A DNA stretch of 64,000 nucleotides, taken from positions 96,001 to 160,000 of the forward strand of contig CBDCLE010000017.1 of assembly GCA_965218585.1 (NCBI GenBank), in the 5' to 3' direction. Position numbers and translations under genes: made by a program. The stretch comes from Terriglobia bacterium (GTDB lineage: Bacteria > Acidobacteriota > Terriglobia > 20CM-2-55-15). The notes under the pieces were generated by a model that saw only the letters and a program-made list of their open reading frames with translations, was not told the origin of the DNA and searched no databases. Positions 31,950-41,578 of the stretch are shown here, piece by piece (the stretch's first letter is position 1; every line of letters starts with the position of its first letter).

Positions 31950-32363
31950 TTGCCAAGAAGGAGGCCGGGATCGTTGACAGATCGAAAAACCCTCGAATCT
32001 CTCGACTTAGAAGAAATCTATGAGACAGCACCCGTGGGCTTGTGCGTCTTTGATACGGACGTTCGGTACGTTCGCATCAACCGATACCTGGCAGCGATCA
32101 ACGGCAAACCGGCTTCCGAACACGTTGGTCGATCGATTGAGGAAATGGCGCCCGAGGTGGCACCCACGGTGACACCGATGATCAAGAAGGTAATCGACAC
32201 GGGTGAGCCGGTCTTCAATTGGGAAGTCATCAAACGAACGAACACGGGCGATTCTGAAACAGCTCAAGTTTTCCTTTGCACTTACCACCCACTCAGGACA
32301 GTCGACGGCGAGATAGTTGGCATTTCGTCTGTTGTGCAGGAGGTCATTACAAAAGGTGTGTAA
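31950..32363 (+). pseudogene. PAS-domain sensor protein truncated by IS256-family insertion
   Basis: PAS_4 pattern (APVGLCVFD, YVRIN, LAAING, YHPL, GEIVG); the last codons are read from the IS end at 32340. Confidence 0.75.
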
Positions 32364-33616
32364 AAGTCATCAGGCGGCGGCCTTCGATTTCATCACGACT
32401 CTGATGCCGTCAGCGAATTGCTGGCCATCATAGACCTCTTGTAAGAGTTCGGATCCTTTTAAGTGTCGCCAAGCCTTCTCAGCGACACGTAGTAGCTTCC
32501 AGATCATTGCCGTTGCATTCTCGACACGCTTGAATCGGCGAGCGGCGTTGGTGCGGAGACGAACCATGTCGAAGGGCGATTCGACGATGTTGGTCGTTCT
32601 CAGATGCACCCAGTGTTGTTTCGGGAACTCATAGAAAGTAATCATCCGGTCCCAGTCCCGCAACAGCGTCTCACCCGCTTTGGGATAGTTCTTCTCATAT
32701 CGGCGGACGAACTGATCCCGCTTTCGTTCGCAGGCCGCGCGGGAGTTCGCGAAGGCCATCCCATGAAGCAGCTGTCTGGCCGCGGGCTGCTCGGTCTTCG
32801 GCAGATGATCGACCACGTTGATCGACTTGTGGTTCCAGCAGCGTTGTTCCTGGCCCTGGGGCTGTTGCTCGGCCAGCGCGGACCAGATGCCCAGGTGACC
32901 GTCCGCGACAGTCAGCCGTCCCAGCTTCAGGCCCCGTCTCTGGAGATTGCGCAGAATGCGGCTCCAGGACTCCTTGCTTTCCCGCTGCCCGCTCTCACAG
33001 GCCAACAGCACTTTGCGCCCGTCTGACAAGGCTCCGATGATCACCAGCAATGCCGCTCGCTCTTTCGCGATCCCCGCTTTCACGTACAAGCCGTCTGCCC
33101 ACTGGTACACGACCTCGAGGCCGGACAGGTCCTGCTGGACCCACTCGTCATACTCCAACTGCCAGGTCGATTTCAGTCGTTGGATCGATGCTCGCGACAA
33201 CGGAGCGCCAGCGCCAAGCAGTCCGCGCATGGCCTGCTCGAAGTCCCCTGTGGCCAGACCGTGGAGGTAGAGATCGGGAAGTAGCTCGCCCAGCTGTTTC
33301 GATTTCCGTCGAAAATACGGCAGGATCTGACTCTCGAACCGCTCGGCGGTGTTTCGAACCCGAGGTCGTCGAACCTCCATCGTACCGTTCATCATTGCGA
33401 AGCGTCGCGGCTTCCCGTGACCGTTCCGGTATCCTCGTCGATTCGGACTCCGCTCCAACTTTTCCCGACCCAGAAATTGAGTGACTTCGTCCTCGAGCAG
33501 CTCCTGTAGCCAGACTTGGACCCGGGATCGCGCCCAGTCCTCCAAACCTTCATACGCGTTCGTTGACGCCACTGATGCCGGTATGTCCTTCTTCTTCATG
33601 GGTGGTGTACCTTTCT
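32340..33616 (-). mobile_element. IS256-family element A, copy 1; intact transposase but lacks the 88 bp 5' end
   Basis: Begins GAGGTCATTACAAAAGGTGTGTAAAA; near-identical to 61843-63119; identity stops at 33616. Confidence 0.9.
32370..33599 (-). CDS. IS256-family (Mutator) transposase
   Basis: YRNGH, WADGLY, VADGHLG, QRCWNHK, TTNIVES. Confidence 0.95.
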   Translation of the reverse strand: MKKKDIPASVASTNAYEGLEDWARSRVQVWLQELLEDEVTQFLGREKLERSPNRRGYRNGHGKPRRFAMMNGTMEVRRPRVRNTAERFESQILPYFRRKSKQLGELLPDLYLHGLATGDFEQAMRGLLGAGAPLSRASIQRLKSTWQLEYDEWVQQDLSGLEVVYQWADGLYVKAGIAKERAALLVIIGALSDGRKVLLACESGQRESKESWSRILRNLQRRGLKLGRLTVADGHLGIWSALAEQQPQGQEQRCWNHKSINVVDHLPKTEQPAARQLLHGMAFANSRAACERKRDQFVRRYEKNYPKAGETLLRDWDRMITFYEFPKQHWVHLRTTNIVESPFDMVRLRTNAARRFKRVENATAMIWKLLRVAEKAWRHLKGSELLQEVYDGQQFADGIRVVMKSKAAA

Positions 33617-34171
33617 TGCCCGCAACCAATCGATAACGAAAGGATCCCCGGACCCGGGCGGCAAGATGTCGCTGGTGCTGTCAATCCTGCTGTTTCCGGC
33701 AAAGAACATCAGCTTGTTGGGCTGAGTGCTGGTTGGCAAAGGCGCAAACCACTGGTCACAAACGGCGAACTCGTTTGCCAGAAACGTTGTGATGGGCACG
33801 GCGCCCGGCCGTTGGAATCCCATCACTTCGGGTTCGGTCGGGTCAGGGATCTCGAAGCCTCTCTCTTGGGCATACTCGAAGTACGAACGGGCAAAGCCGT
33901 TCATACTGTGACCGTTGCCGCTTTTCGCAAGCTGGACGGCGATTCTCTCCCGTGCGTGTGGCGCATCGCCCGGCAACCACTTGTCTCCTGCTTCGAAGGG
34001 AAAGAACGACTTGCTGCCAAACCGATTCTCGTAGTCGGAGCGCTCAAGCGGGCGATGCAATCCGTTGACGTCCCTGCCGAGGTCGTAGCTGAGGTGTCCC
34101 AGCATGTGGTCGAAGGAGCGGTCTTCGAACATCAGATAGACGATCGTGTCAACGAGTCTGGGGTCTGTCAT
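33596..34171 (-). pseudogene. 5' fragment of a phosphoesterase (phospholipase C/AcpA family)
   Basis: LMFEDRSFDHMLG, MNGF, FAVCDQWF, TQPNK; fused to IS sequence at 33617. Confidence 0.8.
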
Positions 34172-34500
34172 GAGCACCTCACGATTTGCTGTCCTCTATT
34201 CACACCGAGCCATGACCAGCCGACGGCCTGTCTCACCACGGCGGCCCGCACTCGCCAGGTCTGTCATGAAACTGTGCCTCACTAATCAGATAGGACGTAA
34301 TCTAACGCAAAATTCGTTTGGGAGCCTCGGGAAACTGGATCATATGCCGAGCTAAGCCACCTAAAAGAGCGGACCGTGAGAGACGGATCGAAAGCGGTAT
34401 TTCTGAATAAAATCAGCTTCAAGTCTCACCCAAGAGATGGACACCTTAGCAGGAGTCTAAATCACTGATTTAAAGGCTCAAAACGCGCTCCCCGCAAACC

Positions 34501-34532
34501 TACCCGCAAATAACCAATTTGCTTTACGGGTA
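34501..34532. promoter_or_regulatory. Inverted repeat upstream of fic, possible operator
   Basis: TACCCGCAAA-N12-TTTACGGGTA abutting a TATTAT hexamer; extra CCCGCAAA half-site at 34491. Confidence 0.35.
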
Positions 34533-34556
34533 TTATTGGATATATTCTCGGCTATT

Positions 34557-35609
34557 ATGGCACTCGACCCTTTCAGAAACCTGGCTCTCACCTCCGATCT
34601 GCTCCGTCTGGTGGGGGAGATCGACGAGTTCAAAGGAGCCTGGCGGGCGCTGGGCAGCCTCGCGCCCGACCGCCTGGCGACCCTGCGCCGTGTGGCAACC
34701 GTGGAGTCGGTCGGCTCCTCGACGCGTATCGAGGGCGCGAAGCTCACCGACCGTGAAGTGGACCTGTTGTTGTCGAATCTGGATCTGGGCTCGTTCCGAA
34801 ACAGGGACGAACAGGAGGTTGCCGGGTATGCGGAAGCGACGAATACGGTTTTTGATTCCTGGAACCAGATTCCCCTGTCGGAAAATCACATCAAGCAGCT
34901 TCACGGCGTCCTTCTGAAGTTCTCCACGGAGGATACGCACCATCGGGGCCACTATAAGACCGTCGTGAACAACGTCGAGGCCTTCGACGAACACGGACGG
35001 AGTGTCGGCGTAATTTTTGAAACCGCGACTCCGTTCGACACGCCACGCATGATCCAGGAACTGGTGGCCTGGACACAGCAGGAGCTGAAAGATGATCGGC
35101 ACCATCCCCTGCTTGTAATCGCCGTATTCGTGGTGAGGTTTCTGGCCATCCATCCGTTTCAGGACGGCAACGGGAGACTTGCGCGCGTTCTAACCAACCT
35201 GCTGTTGCTGCGCTCCGGCTACGCGTACATGCCATACAGTTCGCTGGAGCGGGTTGTCGAAGAAAACCGGGAGCAGTACTATCGCGCGCTGCGCAGCGCT
35301 CAGGGAACCCTCGACCAGGGAGAATCCCACCTGTCCGACTGGCTGAGCTTCTTTCTGCTATGCCTGGTCTCGCAAAAGGATGTGTTGGCCCGGAAGGTCG
35401 AGCGAGAGCGACTGATGACGAGTCTTTCCGAACTGGACGAACGCATCCTCGAGCTCGCCCGGGAGCATGGCCGGACCACTTTGTCCGAAGTTGTGGCATT
35501 GACGCATGCAAACCGAAATACGCTCAAGCTGCACCTTCGAGGGCTGGTTCAGGCCGGCCATCTCCGACTGCTCGGACGGGGACGGGGGTCGTGGTACGAG
35601 ATCGCCTGA
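34557..35609 (+). CDS. Class II Fic family protein with C-terminal HTH
   Basis: HPFQDGNGRLAR catalytic motif, N-terminal inhibitory STRIEG, C-terminal winged HTH ending GRGRGSWY. Confidence 0.92.
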   Translation: MALDPFRNLALTSDLLRLVGEIDEFKGAWRALGSLAPDRLATLRRVATVESVGSSTRIEGAKLTDREVDLLLSNLDLGSFRNRDEQEVAGYAEATNTVFDSWNQIPLSENHIKQLHGVLLKFSTEDTHHRGHYKTVVNNVEAFDEHGRSVGVIFETATPFDTPRMIQELVAWTQQELKDDRHHPLLVIAVFVVRFLAIHPFQDGNGRLARVLTNLLLLRSGYAYMPYSSLERVVEENREQYYRALRSAQGTLDQGESHLSDWLSFFLLCLVSQKDVLARKVERERLMTSLSELDERILELAREHGRTTLSEVVALTHANRNTLKLHLRGLVQAGHLRLLGRGRGSWYEIA

Positions 35610-35920
35610 CTGGATTGATCGCCATGACTGTTCCTCCTAAGGGTACCCCATCTGTGGTCAGCGTCGAGAGTGCAAATCACTTCGGGCGATAACAGGCAGC
35701 CATAGGCGTCACGGGACGGTGCTTTTCTGTTGGGCATGCTGGGCTCATTAGTTCGTGACATGAGCCAATCCCTTTCAGTGTGGTTGCTCTGATAATCCCG
35801 CCGGCAGGATGCCCCTGAACATTTAAAAACGTCACACAGGTTGTCCGTATTGCACGGATCTGTTTCGCGACTACGTCTTTTTAGATAAGTCAATTCATCC
35901 ACCGATGACGGGAGGGACTG

Positions 35921-37028
35921 ATGGCGAGCAGGAAAGGAAAGGTGACGACAAAAGCCAGAGCGAAAACACGTTTCAAGCAAGACGATCGACAGAGCCGAGC
36001 TGAAATTCTGTGAAGAGCCGGTCGTGCCGGTTCGAGAATTCACGCCAGACATCGGCCCGGAGCGCGCGAGTCTCATTCGCAACTCCGACCGGAAATGGGC
36101 GAACGGAACGAAAACCCATTACCATTTCCTGACCTCACCAGCGGGTTGGGTCGGCAGTGCGGCCGAGAGGCGAAAAGCCCGGGACGGCTTCCGCGCGTGG
36201 AAGAAGGTCGGCATCGGTCTGGACTTCGAGGAGGTCTCCTCGATGGACGAAGCCGAAATCCGGATCGCATTCGAGCGGAACGCCGGGCACTGGTCCTACA
36301 TTGGCCGCGACGTTCTCGGCATTGCTCAGTCCGACCGAACCATGAACATCGACAAGGGCGACAACTGGACTGTTGACACCGCAATCCACGAAATCGGTCA
36401 TTCCCTGGGCTTCCCCCATGAACACCAAAACCCGAACGCCGGGATCGTTTGGAACGAGGAAGCCGTCTATGCCAATCTCGCCGCTCCGCCGAATCGATGG
36501 CCCCGAGAGAAAACTTTCCACAACATCATTCGCAAGCTCAACCCGGGAGACGTATCTGGCTCTGCCTGGGACAAGGATTCGATCATGCACTACCCGTTCA
36601 GGGCAGGCCTGATCGACCGTCCTGTCCGCTACCGGACGGAGTCGCTCCAGCCGACCCCCGGACTCTCGGCAGTCGACAAACGTGAGGTGAAATCCTTTTA
36701 TCCCCGCATTGGCCCCCGTGATCACCGCACGCTCGAAGCGTTCGAGTTTGTGCGTCTGTCTCTTGAGCCCAGGAAGCAGGTGAATTTCGTCATTCGCCCG
36801 GCCGCCACGCGCAGCTATCGCTTCAGCACCTTTGGACGGTCCGACACGGTCATGGTGCTTTTTGAGGACGTCAACGGAACCCCGCGTTTCAGCGTAGCTG
36901 ACGACGACGGCGGTTTCGATCGCAACGCTCGCTTCACGACGCGGTTATTCAAGGGAAGAACCTATTACCTGCGTGTTCGTCTCTACTTCCAGCATCGACG
37001 CGGCGACTTTGGCGTCATGATGTGGTGA
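35921..37028 (+). CDS. M12 (astacin-like) metallopeptidase with C-terminal PPC-like domain; frameshift near 35965
   Basis: HEIGHSLGFPHEH, Met-turn SIMHY; RBS GGGAGGGA before ATG 35921, main frame 36024-37028; no signal peptide. Confidence 0.85.
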
Positions 37029-37466
37029 CTCGCCGGGAGATTCGCATGGTCGGCTTGACGCTCGACAAGGGGAGAACCGCATTTAAGAAGGCACGCGAGC
37101 TAAACGGAACGTCAACTCACCGGGAGGGACTTAATGATCAATTATTGGCCTCTCAAATTTCTTGAATCCAAAGTCGTCCGTCGCCGAACTGTGGCCGGAC
37201 TCCAGCAAATACGAGGCTTAATTCGAGATCAGATGCCTGAGCGTGCTCTTCAGCGTAAACTGGTTCTTGGAACCTGGAACATACGGAACTTCGATGACAA
37301 TCGTTTCGGCCACGGCCCCCGCCTGACGGAATCTCTGTTTTACATCGCCGAGGTTATTTCGGCCTTCGATGTCATCGCCATCCAGGAAACCGCAAGGGAT
37401 CTGACCCCGCTCAGGCAGGTGATGACCATCCTGGGCCGGCACTATGAACTCATCGTAACTGACGTC

Positions 37467-38852
37467 GAGTTATTGTCAAAAGTGGTGTTTTGCCGATTGA
37501 CTCAAGCGGCGGCCTGATCGACGTGGGTCACTTCGATTCCATCGTTGAATTTCACTCCAGTAATCACCTTGGGCAGATCATCGAATCCTCGTAATCGTCG
37601 CCAGTTCTTTTGAGCGCACTGTCCCAGTTTGAACATCATGTGCAGCATGCCAACCCGCGTCAGGCAACCCCTGGATCGCTTGGTTCGGTGGCGAATGGTA
37701 GCAAAGGTCGACTCAATGGGATTGGTCGTTCGGATGCTCTGCCAGTGCTTGGCCGGGAAGTTGAAGAAGGCCAGCAGTTCTTCTTTGTCTTTCTGGAGGC
37801 AGCGAGTGGCTTTCGGATACTTCGGCTCATAGGTTTCAATGAACAGATCGAATGCCTTCTCGGCGTCTGCCTGTGTCTGAGCCCGCCAGATCGCGTGCAA
37901 AGCCTGTTTCGCCTTCGCCTGGGCCGACTTCGGGAGCCCGTTCAGTACGTTCATGGTCTTGTGCATCCAGCAACGTTGGTGACGTGTCTCGGGATAGATT
38001 TCCTCCAGTGCGGCCCAGAATCCCATCGCACCGTCTCCGATGGCCAACTTCGGGATATTCATCCCACGCGACTTCAGCTTTAACAAGACCTCGCGCCAAC
38101 TCTGTGTCGATTCCCGGACACCGTCTTCGATTGCCAGAAAACGTTTCTCTCCGCGTTGATTCGCGCCGATCACCACCAGTGCGCACAACTTGGTTTCTTC
38201 GGCCCGCAGTCCGCTGTAGATACCGTCGGCCCAGACATAGACCCAGCGATCGGCATCCAATCGCTCCTCGCATCCCCGGCGGTACTGCTCGGCCCAGACC
38301 TGTTTCAACCGCGATACCGTGCTCGCCGACAGGCCCTGCGCCTGGGGTCCGACAAGAACTTTTAGAGCGTCACCCATCTCGCCGCTGGAGACGCCTTTCA
38401 AATACAACCACGGCACCGCTGCTTCCAGCGATTTCGTTTTCCGAATGTAGGGAGGTACCAGGGCCGACCGGAACGTTACCGGGTCGCCAGTCTTCGCTCG
38501 GACTTTCGGGATCTGGACCGTTACCGGCCCCAAACCGGTCTGCAGTTCACGTTCAGGCAGATAACCGTTGCGCACCACCCCGGCGTTGCCCGTCTCGGTT
38601 CTCCGATCGCCGTGGTGGGATAGCAGTTCCGCCAATTCGGTTTCCACCGCGCGTTGGATCAGTTGCTGAGCTCCAACTCGTAGTAGCTCTGTTATCGGAT
38701 CCTCAATCGTCTCTCGACCCTCCGGTCCAGTCACGTTACTCTTGCTCATAGTGGCGTATCTCCCTTGGTTGCTTTGAAGTCTGGTAAACAACAAATCAAC
38801 CAGATACGCCGCTCTTCCTCAATCCCTTAAACACCAGATTCGGTTATAACTC
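37467..38852 (-). mobile_element. IS256-family element B, complete, 1386 bp, 9 bp target duplication
   Basis: Imperfect TIRs GAGTTAT-N9-TGGTGTTT at both ends; ACTGACGTC at 37458-37466 and 38853-38861. Confidence 0.95.
37502..38749 (-). CDS. IS256-family transposase
   Basis: VRNGYLP, WADGIY, IGDGAMGF, QRCWMHK, TTNPIES. Confidence 0.95.
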   Translation of the reverse strand: MSKSNVTGPEGRETIEDPITELLRVGAQQLIQRAVETELAELLSHHGDRRTETGNAGVVRNGYLPERELQTGLGPVTVQIPKVRAKTGDPVTFRSALVPPYIRKTKSLEAAVPWLYLKGVSSGEMGDALKVLVGPQAQGLSASTVSRLKQVWAEQYRRGCEERLDADRWVYVWADGIYSGLRAEETKLCALVVIGANQRGEKRFLAIEDGVRESTQSWREVLLKLKSRGMNIPKLAIGDGAMGFWAALEEIYPETRHQRCWMHKTMNVLNGLPKSAQAKAKQALHAIWRAQTQADAEKAFDLFIETYEPKYPKATRCLQKDKEELLAFFNFPAKHWQSIRTTNPIESTFATIRHRTKRSRGCLTRVGMLHMMFKLGQCAQKNWRRLRGFDDLPKVITGVKFNDGIEVTHVDQAAA

Positions 38853-39821
38853 ACTGACGTCACAGAGGGGCCCAGTGGGAACCTGGAGCGCCTCGCCTTC
38901 ATTTACGACACGAACAAAGTATGGTTTCGCGACATCGCAGGAGAGATCGTCCTGCCTTTCAAGAAGCAGATCAGCGATGTCACAAAGCGCAGATAGTTTG
39001 CTAGAACGCCGTTTACGTGTGCTTTCCAATCCGGTTGGTTCAAATTCGTCCTGTCTACGGTCCACATCTACTACGGCAAACAGTCCAAGACGAGCAATGA
39101 ATATAAAAGACGCGTCCGGGGAAATCGAGGGCATAGCGAAATTCCTCAAGGACCGAGCCGATGACGAAAAGGACAACTACATTCTCGTCGGTGACTTCAA
39201 CATTGATAAGCCGGGCGACCCCACCTTTAACGCTTTAGCGGATCAAGGGTTTTCGCTGTTTCAGAACAAGATCGGTAGCAACCAGAAGAAGACCAAACAT
39301 TATGACCAGATCTCATGGCTGCCCTCAGAACCGGGATTACTACAAACCGAGGGCGATCGAAATCAAGGAGTGCTGGACGTCTTCTCGGCCGTATTCAAGG
39401 AAACAGACTTTCCGAAGTACAAGAGAATTGTCGTAAAGACTCTCAAGAACAAACTCGATAGAGCCAAGTCTGCTCTCGAAAAGGCAAAGAAAGGCGGGAA
39501 CGCCAAAAAGCTTAAGACTGCTCGGAAAGCAGTTGCCAATCTGGAAGGCATTCTGGCAAAGGAAGACGAACTTAAGAAATACTTCACCGGCACCTAGCGC
39601 ACCTTCCAGCTCAGCGATCATCTCCCCCTCTGGGTCGAACTCGACACTGATTTCAGTGCCGAGTATCTGGAATCGCTCGCGGCGGGGACTTTCACCATCG
39701 AAGAAACGTTGCGAGACGACAGTCTTGCGATCAGCCTGAGGGACAGAGGCGGTTGATATCAACGATATGGTTCAGGTCAGTTCATATTCTTGGGAGGGTG
39801 AGGGCGTTGATAGCGGACAGG

Positions 39822-40313
39822 TCACTTCTCGTACGGGTTCATCCGGCGGGCAAAAAGGCGCATCTCTTCCTGCCGGGCCTTACAATTCGCCGCGTCGGAG
39901 AGTCGACCTTCGCGCCGGTACAGATCTTCCAATTGACCGAGACAGAAAAGATAGTCGCTCAGAGAGTCTTCGTAACCTTCGAAAAGAGCCTCATGGACTC
40001 CCGGGCGTCCCTGACCCTCGCTCGGTGCAGTACCGTCCTTTCCCCATGGCAGCGTGTTCTCTTCCTTCCAGGTTACGAGAATTTCATAGGTTTCCGGGTC
40101 TTCCAGAAACAGCGCGTAGCCCTTCAGAAAAAGGCCGAAAGCGCGCTGATAAAGTTCCCGGGCGGACTCAAGGTTATCGGCGTCGCCGTCAAACGTCATC
40201 TTCTGGGCCTGTTCGACCAACGGCAAGAACTGCTCACCTGCGACCCCGCTGCATACGATTCGAACACGCTCCATGTACAGCTCCACGTCGGGTGCTCCTT
40301 GCGGATCACTCAT
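39822..40313 (-). CDS. Hypothetical helical protein
   Basis: 163 aa ORF with RBS AAGGAGA; no recognisable motif. Confidence 0.6.
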   Translation of the reverse strand: MSDPQGAPDVELYMERVRIVCSGVAGEQFLPLVEQAQKMTFDGDADNLESARELYQRAFGLFLKGYALFLEDPETYEILVTWKEENTLPWGKDGTAPSEGQGRPGVHEALFEGYEDSLSDYLFCLGQLEDLYRREGRLSDAANCKARQEEMRLFARRMNPYEK

Positions 40314-40423
40314 AGTTGTCTCCTTCCGCGCTGCAGACAGCCATACCAGTCTAGTCGGTCGAGAGGCTTCGGGACAAATTGGGCTACCCTCCCATGGGCT
40401 ACGGTTACGGTTGAAACACAGAT

Positions 40424-40843
40424 ATGCTAAACGATCAGATTCGATACCGCAGTGGCTACAAATACCAACTGGTAAATGATTACTCGTTGAGAGTCAGCGT
40501 TCGGCCGGAAGAGAATATTGCAACCGAGTTCATCGAACTCACCGTCGAGGGAATGCTTCTGATTCGCAGAGGTTATGCGTGGGATGGACCGTCGGGACCC
40601 ACGATCGACACGAAAGACTTCATGCGCGGGTCGTTGGTTCACGATGCCCTGTATCAATTGATGCGGAACGAGAAGATTTCCCGGCACGAGTGGCGAGACG
40701 AAGCGGACATGGAACTGAAGAGGATTTGCCTCGAAGACGGCATGTTCAGGATCCGCGCCTGGTGGGTCCATCGGGGTGTCCGGGTCGGAGCAGGACCCGC
40801 AGCATCTCCGGAAGAGAAGAAGAAGGAGCACGTGGCGCCGTGA
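40424..40843 (+). CDS. DUF1353-like protein
   Basis: GYAWDGPS, GSLVHDALYQ, EAD...L, VRVG pattern. Confidence 0.7.
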   Translation: MLNDQIRYRSGYKYQLVNDYSLRVSVRPEENIATEFIELTVEGMLLIRRGYAWDGPSGPTIDTKDFMRGSLVHDALYQLMRNEKISRHEWRDEADMELKRICLEDGMFRIRAWWVHRGVRVGAGPAASPEEKKKEHVAP

Positions 40844-40908
40844 ACCACGAAAGATCGCTCTCTATTGCCACCTGAGACAGAGCGATTCTGAGTGCCTCGA
40901 GAGAAACC

Positions 40909-41316
40909 CTAACGTTCGATGATGTCGAAGTAGATCCCCGATCTGGCATAGTCTCCCAGGTCGCACGCCCACTCGTACCCACCTGCGGTCAAACCCAACT
41001 GACCGTCCTCAGGAAGCGGCGGGTCGAAGGACAGTGTATCCAGGGAACCGTTCTCGACGGTCGGGACCATGGCTAAACCCTGCCATTTGGTTTCCCCCGT
41101 ATAGGTGTCAACCAGTTGACAGCTGACTGTACTATCTCTGTCTTCCTTGTCCCACTGAACGTTCATTTTCAGGGCTTCGCCTTCATAAAAGGCAGGCCTG
41201 GACCCGCCTCTAAAATCCGTTACGCGGACCTCGAACGGTGCACGGCACGCAGCGGAAAACATGAACGCAACGACCGAAATGAGTGCAAGTCGTTGAAAAC
41301 TTTTGGATCGATTCAC
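40909..41316 (-). CDS. Hypothetical lipoprotein
   Basis: GTG after GGAGGT; hydrophobic leader with lipobox-like SAAC. Confidence 0.6.
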   Translation of the reverse strand: MNRSKSFQRLALISVVAFMFSAACRAPFEVRVTDFRGGSRPAFYEGEALKMNVQWDKEDRDSTVSCQLVDTYTGETKWQGLAMVPTVENGSLDTLSFDPPLPEDGQLGLTAGGYEWACDLGDYARSGIYFDIIER

Positions 41317-41578
41317 CTGAGCTACCTCCTGCCAACTACTCTCAAAATGTCTTGGGCCGTCGCCGGACACCAGGCCGATGCCGGACCAGCCCACTCGTCG
41401 AGTTCATTCTGCTGGGAAGGTAATAGCAGTTATGTGACCAAGAGTTGCGGCAACCGGCGAGAAGCCGTTGGGAACCAGTAAAGTCGTTTACTCAAAAGGA
41501 GTTGAAAAGAATCCGGAACCGGACGATCATACGAACTCTGTCTATGAAATCAATCCACGCACTAATCAGGAGGTTGCC

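Larger units (their letters stand above)
37134..39756 (+). pseudogene. Endonuclease/exonuclease/phosphatase (DNase I-like) gene interrupted by IS256, with two nonsense codons and a frameshift
   Basis: TWNIRNF, AIQE, ERLAFIYD, VHIYYG, GDFN, YDQI, SDHLPLW; TAG at 38994 and 39595, indel near 39120. Confidence 0.9.

Noticed and set aside
38994-39597. Two in-frame TAG codons as pyrrolysine or amber recoding
   Set aside because: They replace different probable residues (Gln, Trp) in a gene already broken by an IS and a frameshift; TAG is a normal stop elsewhere in the window
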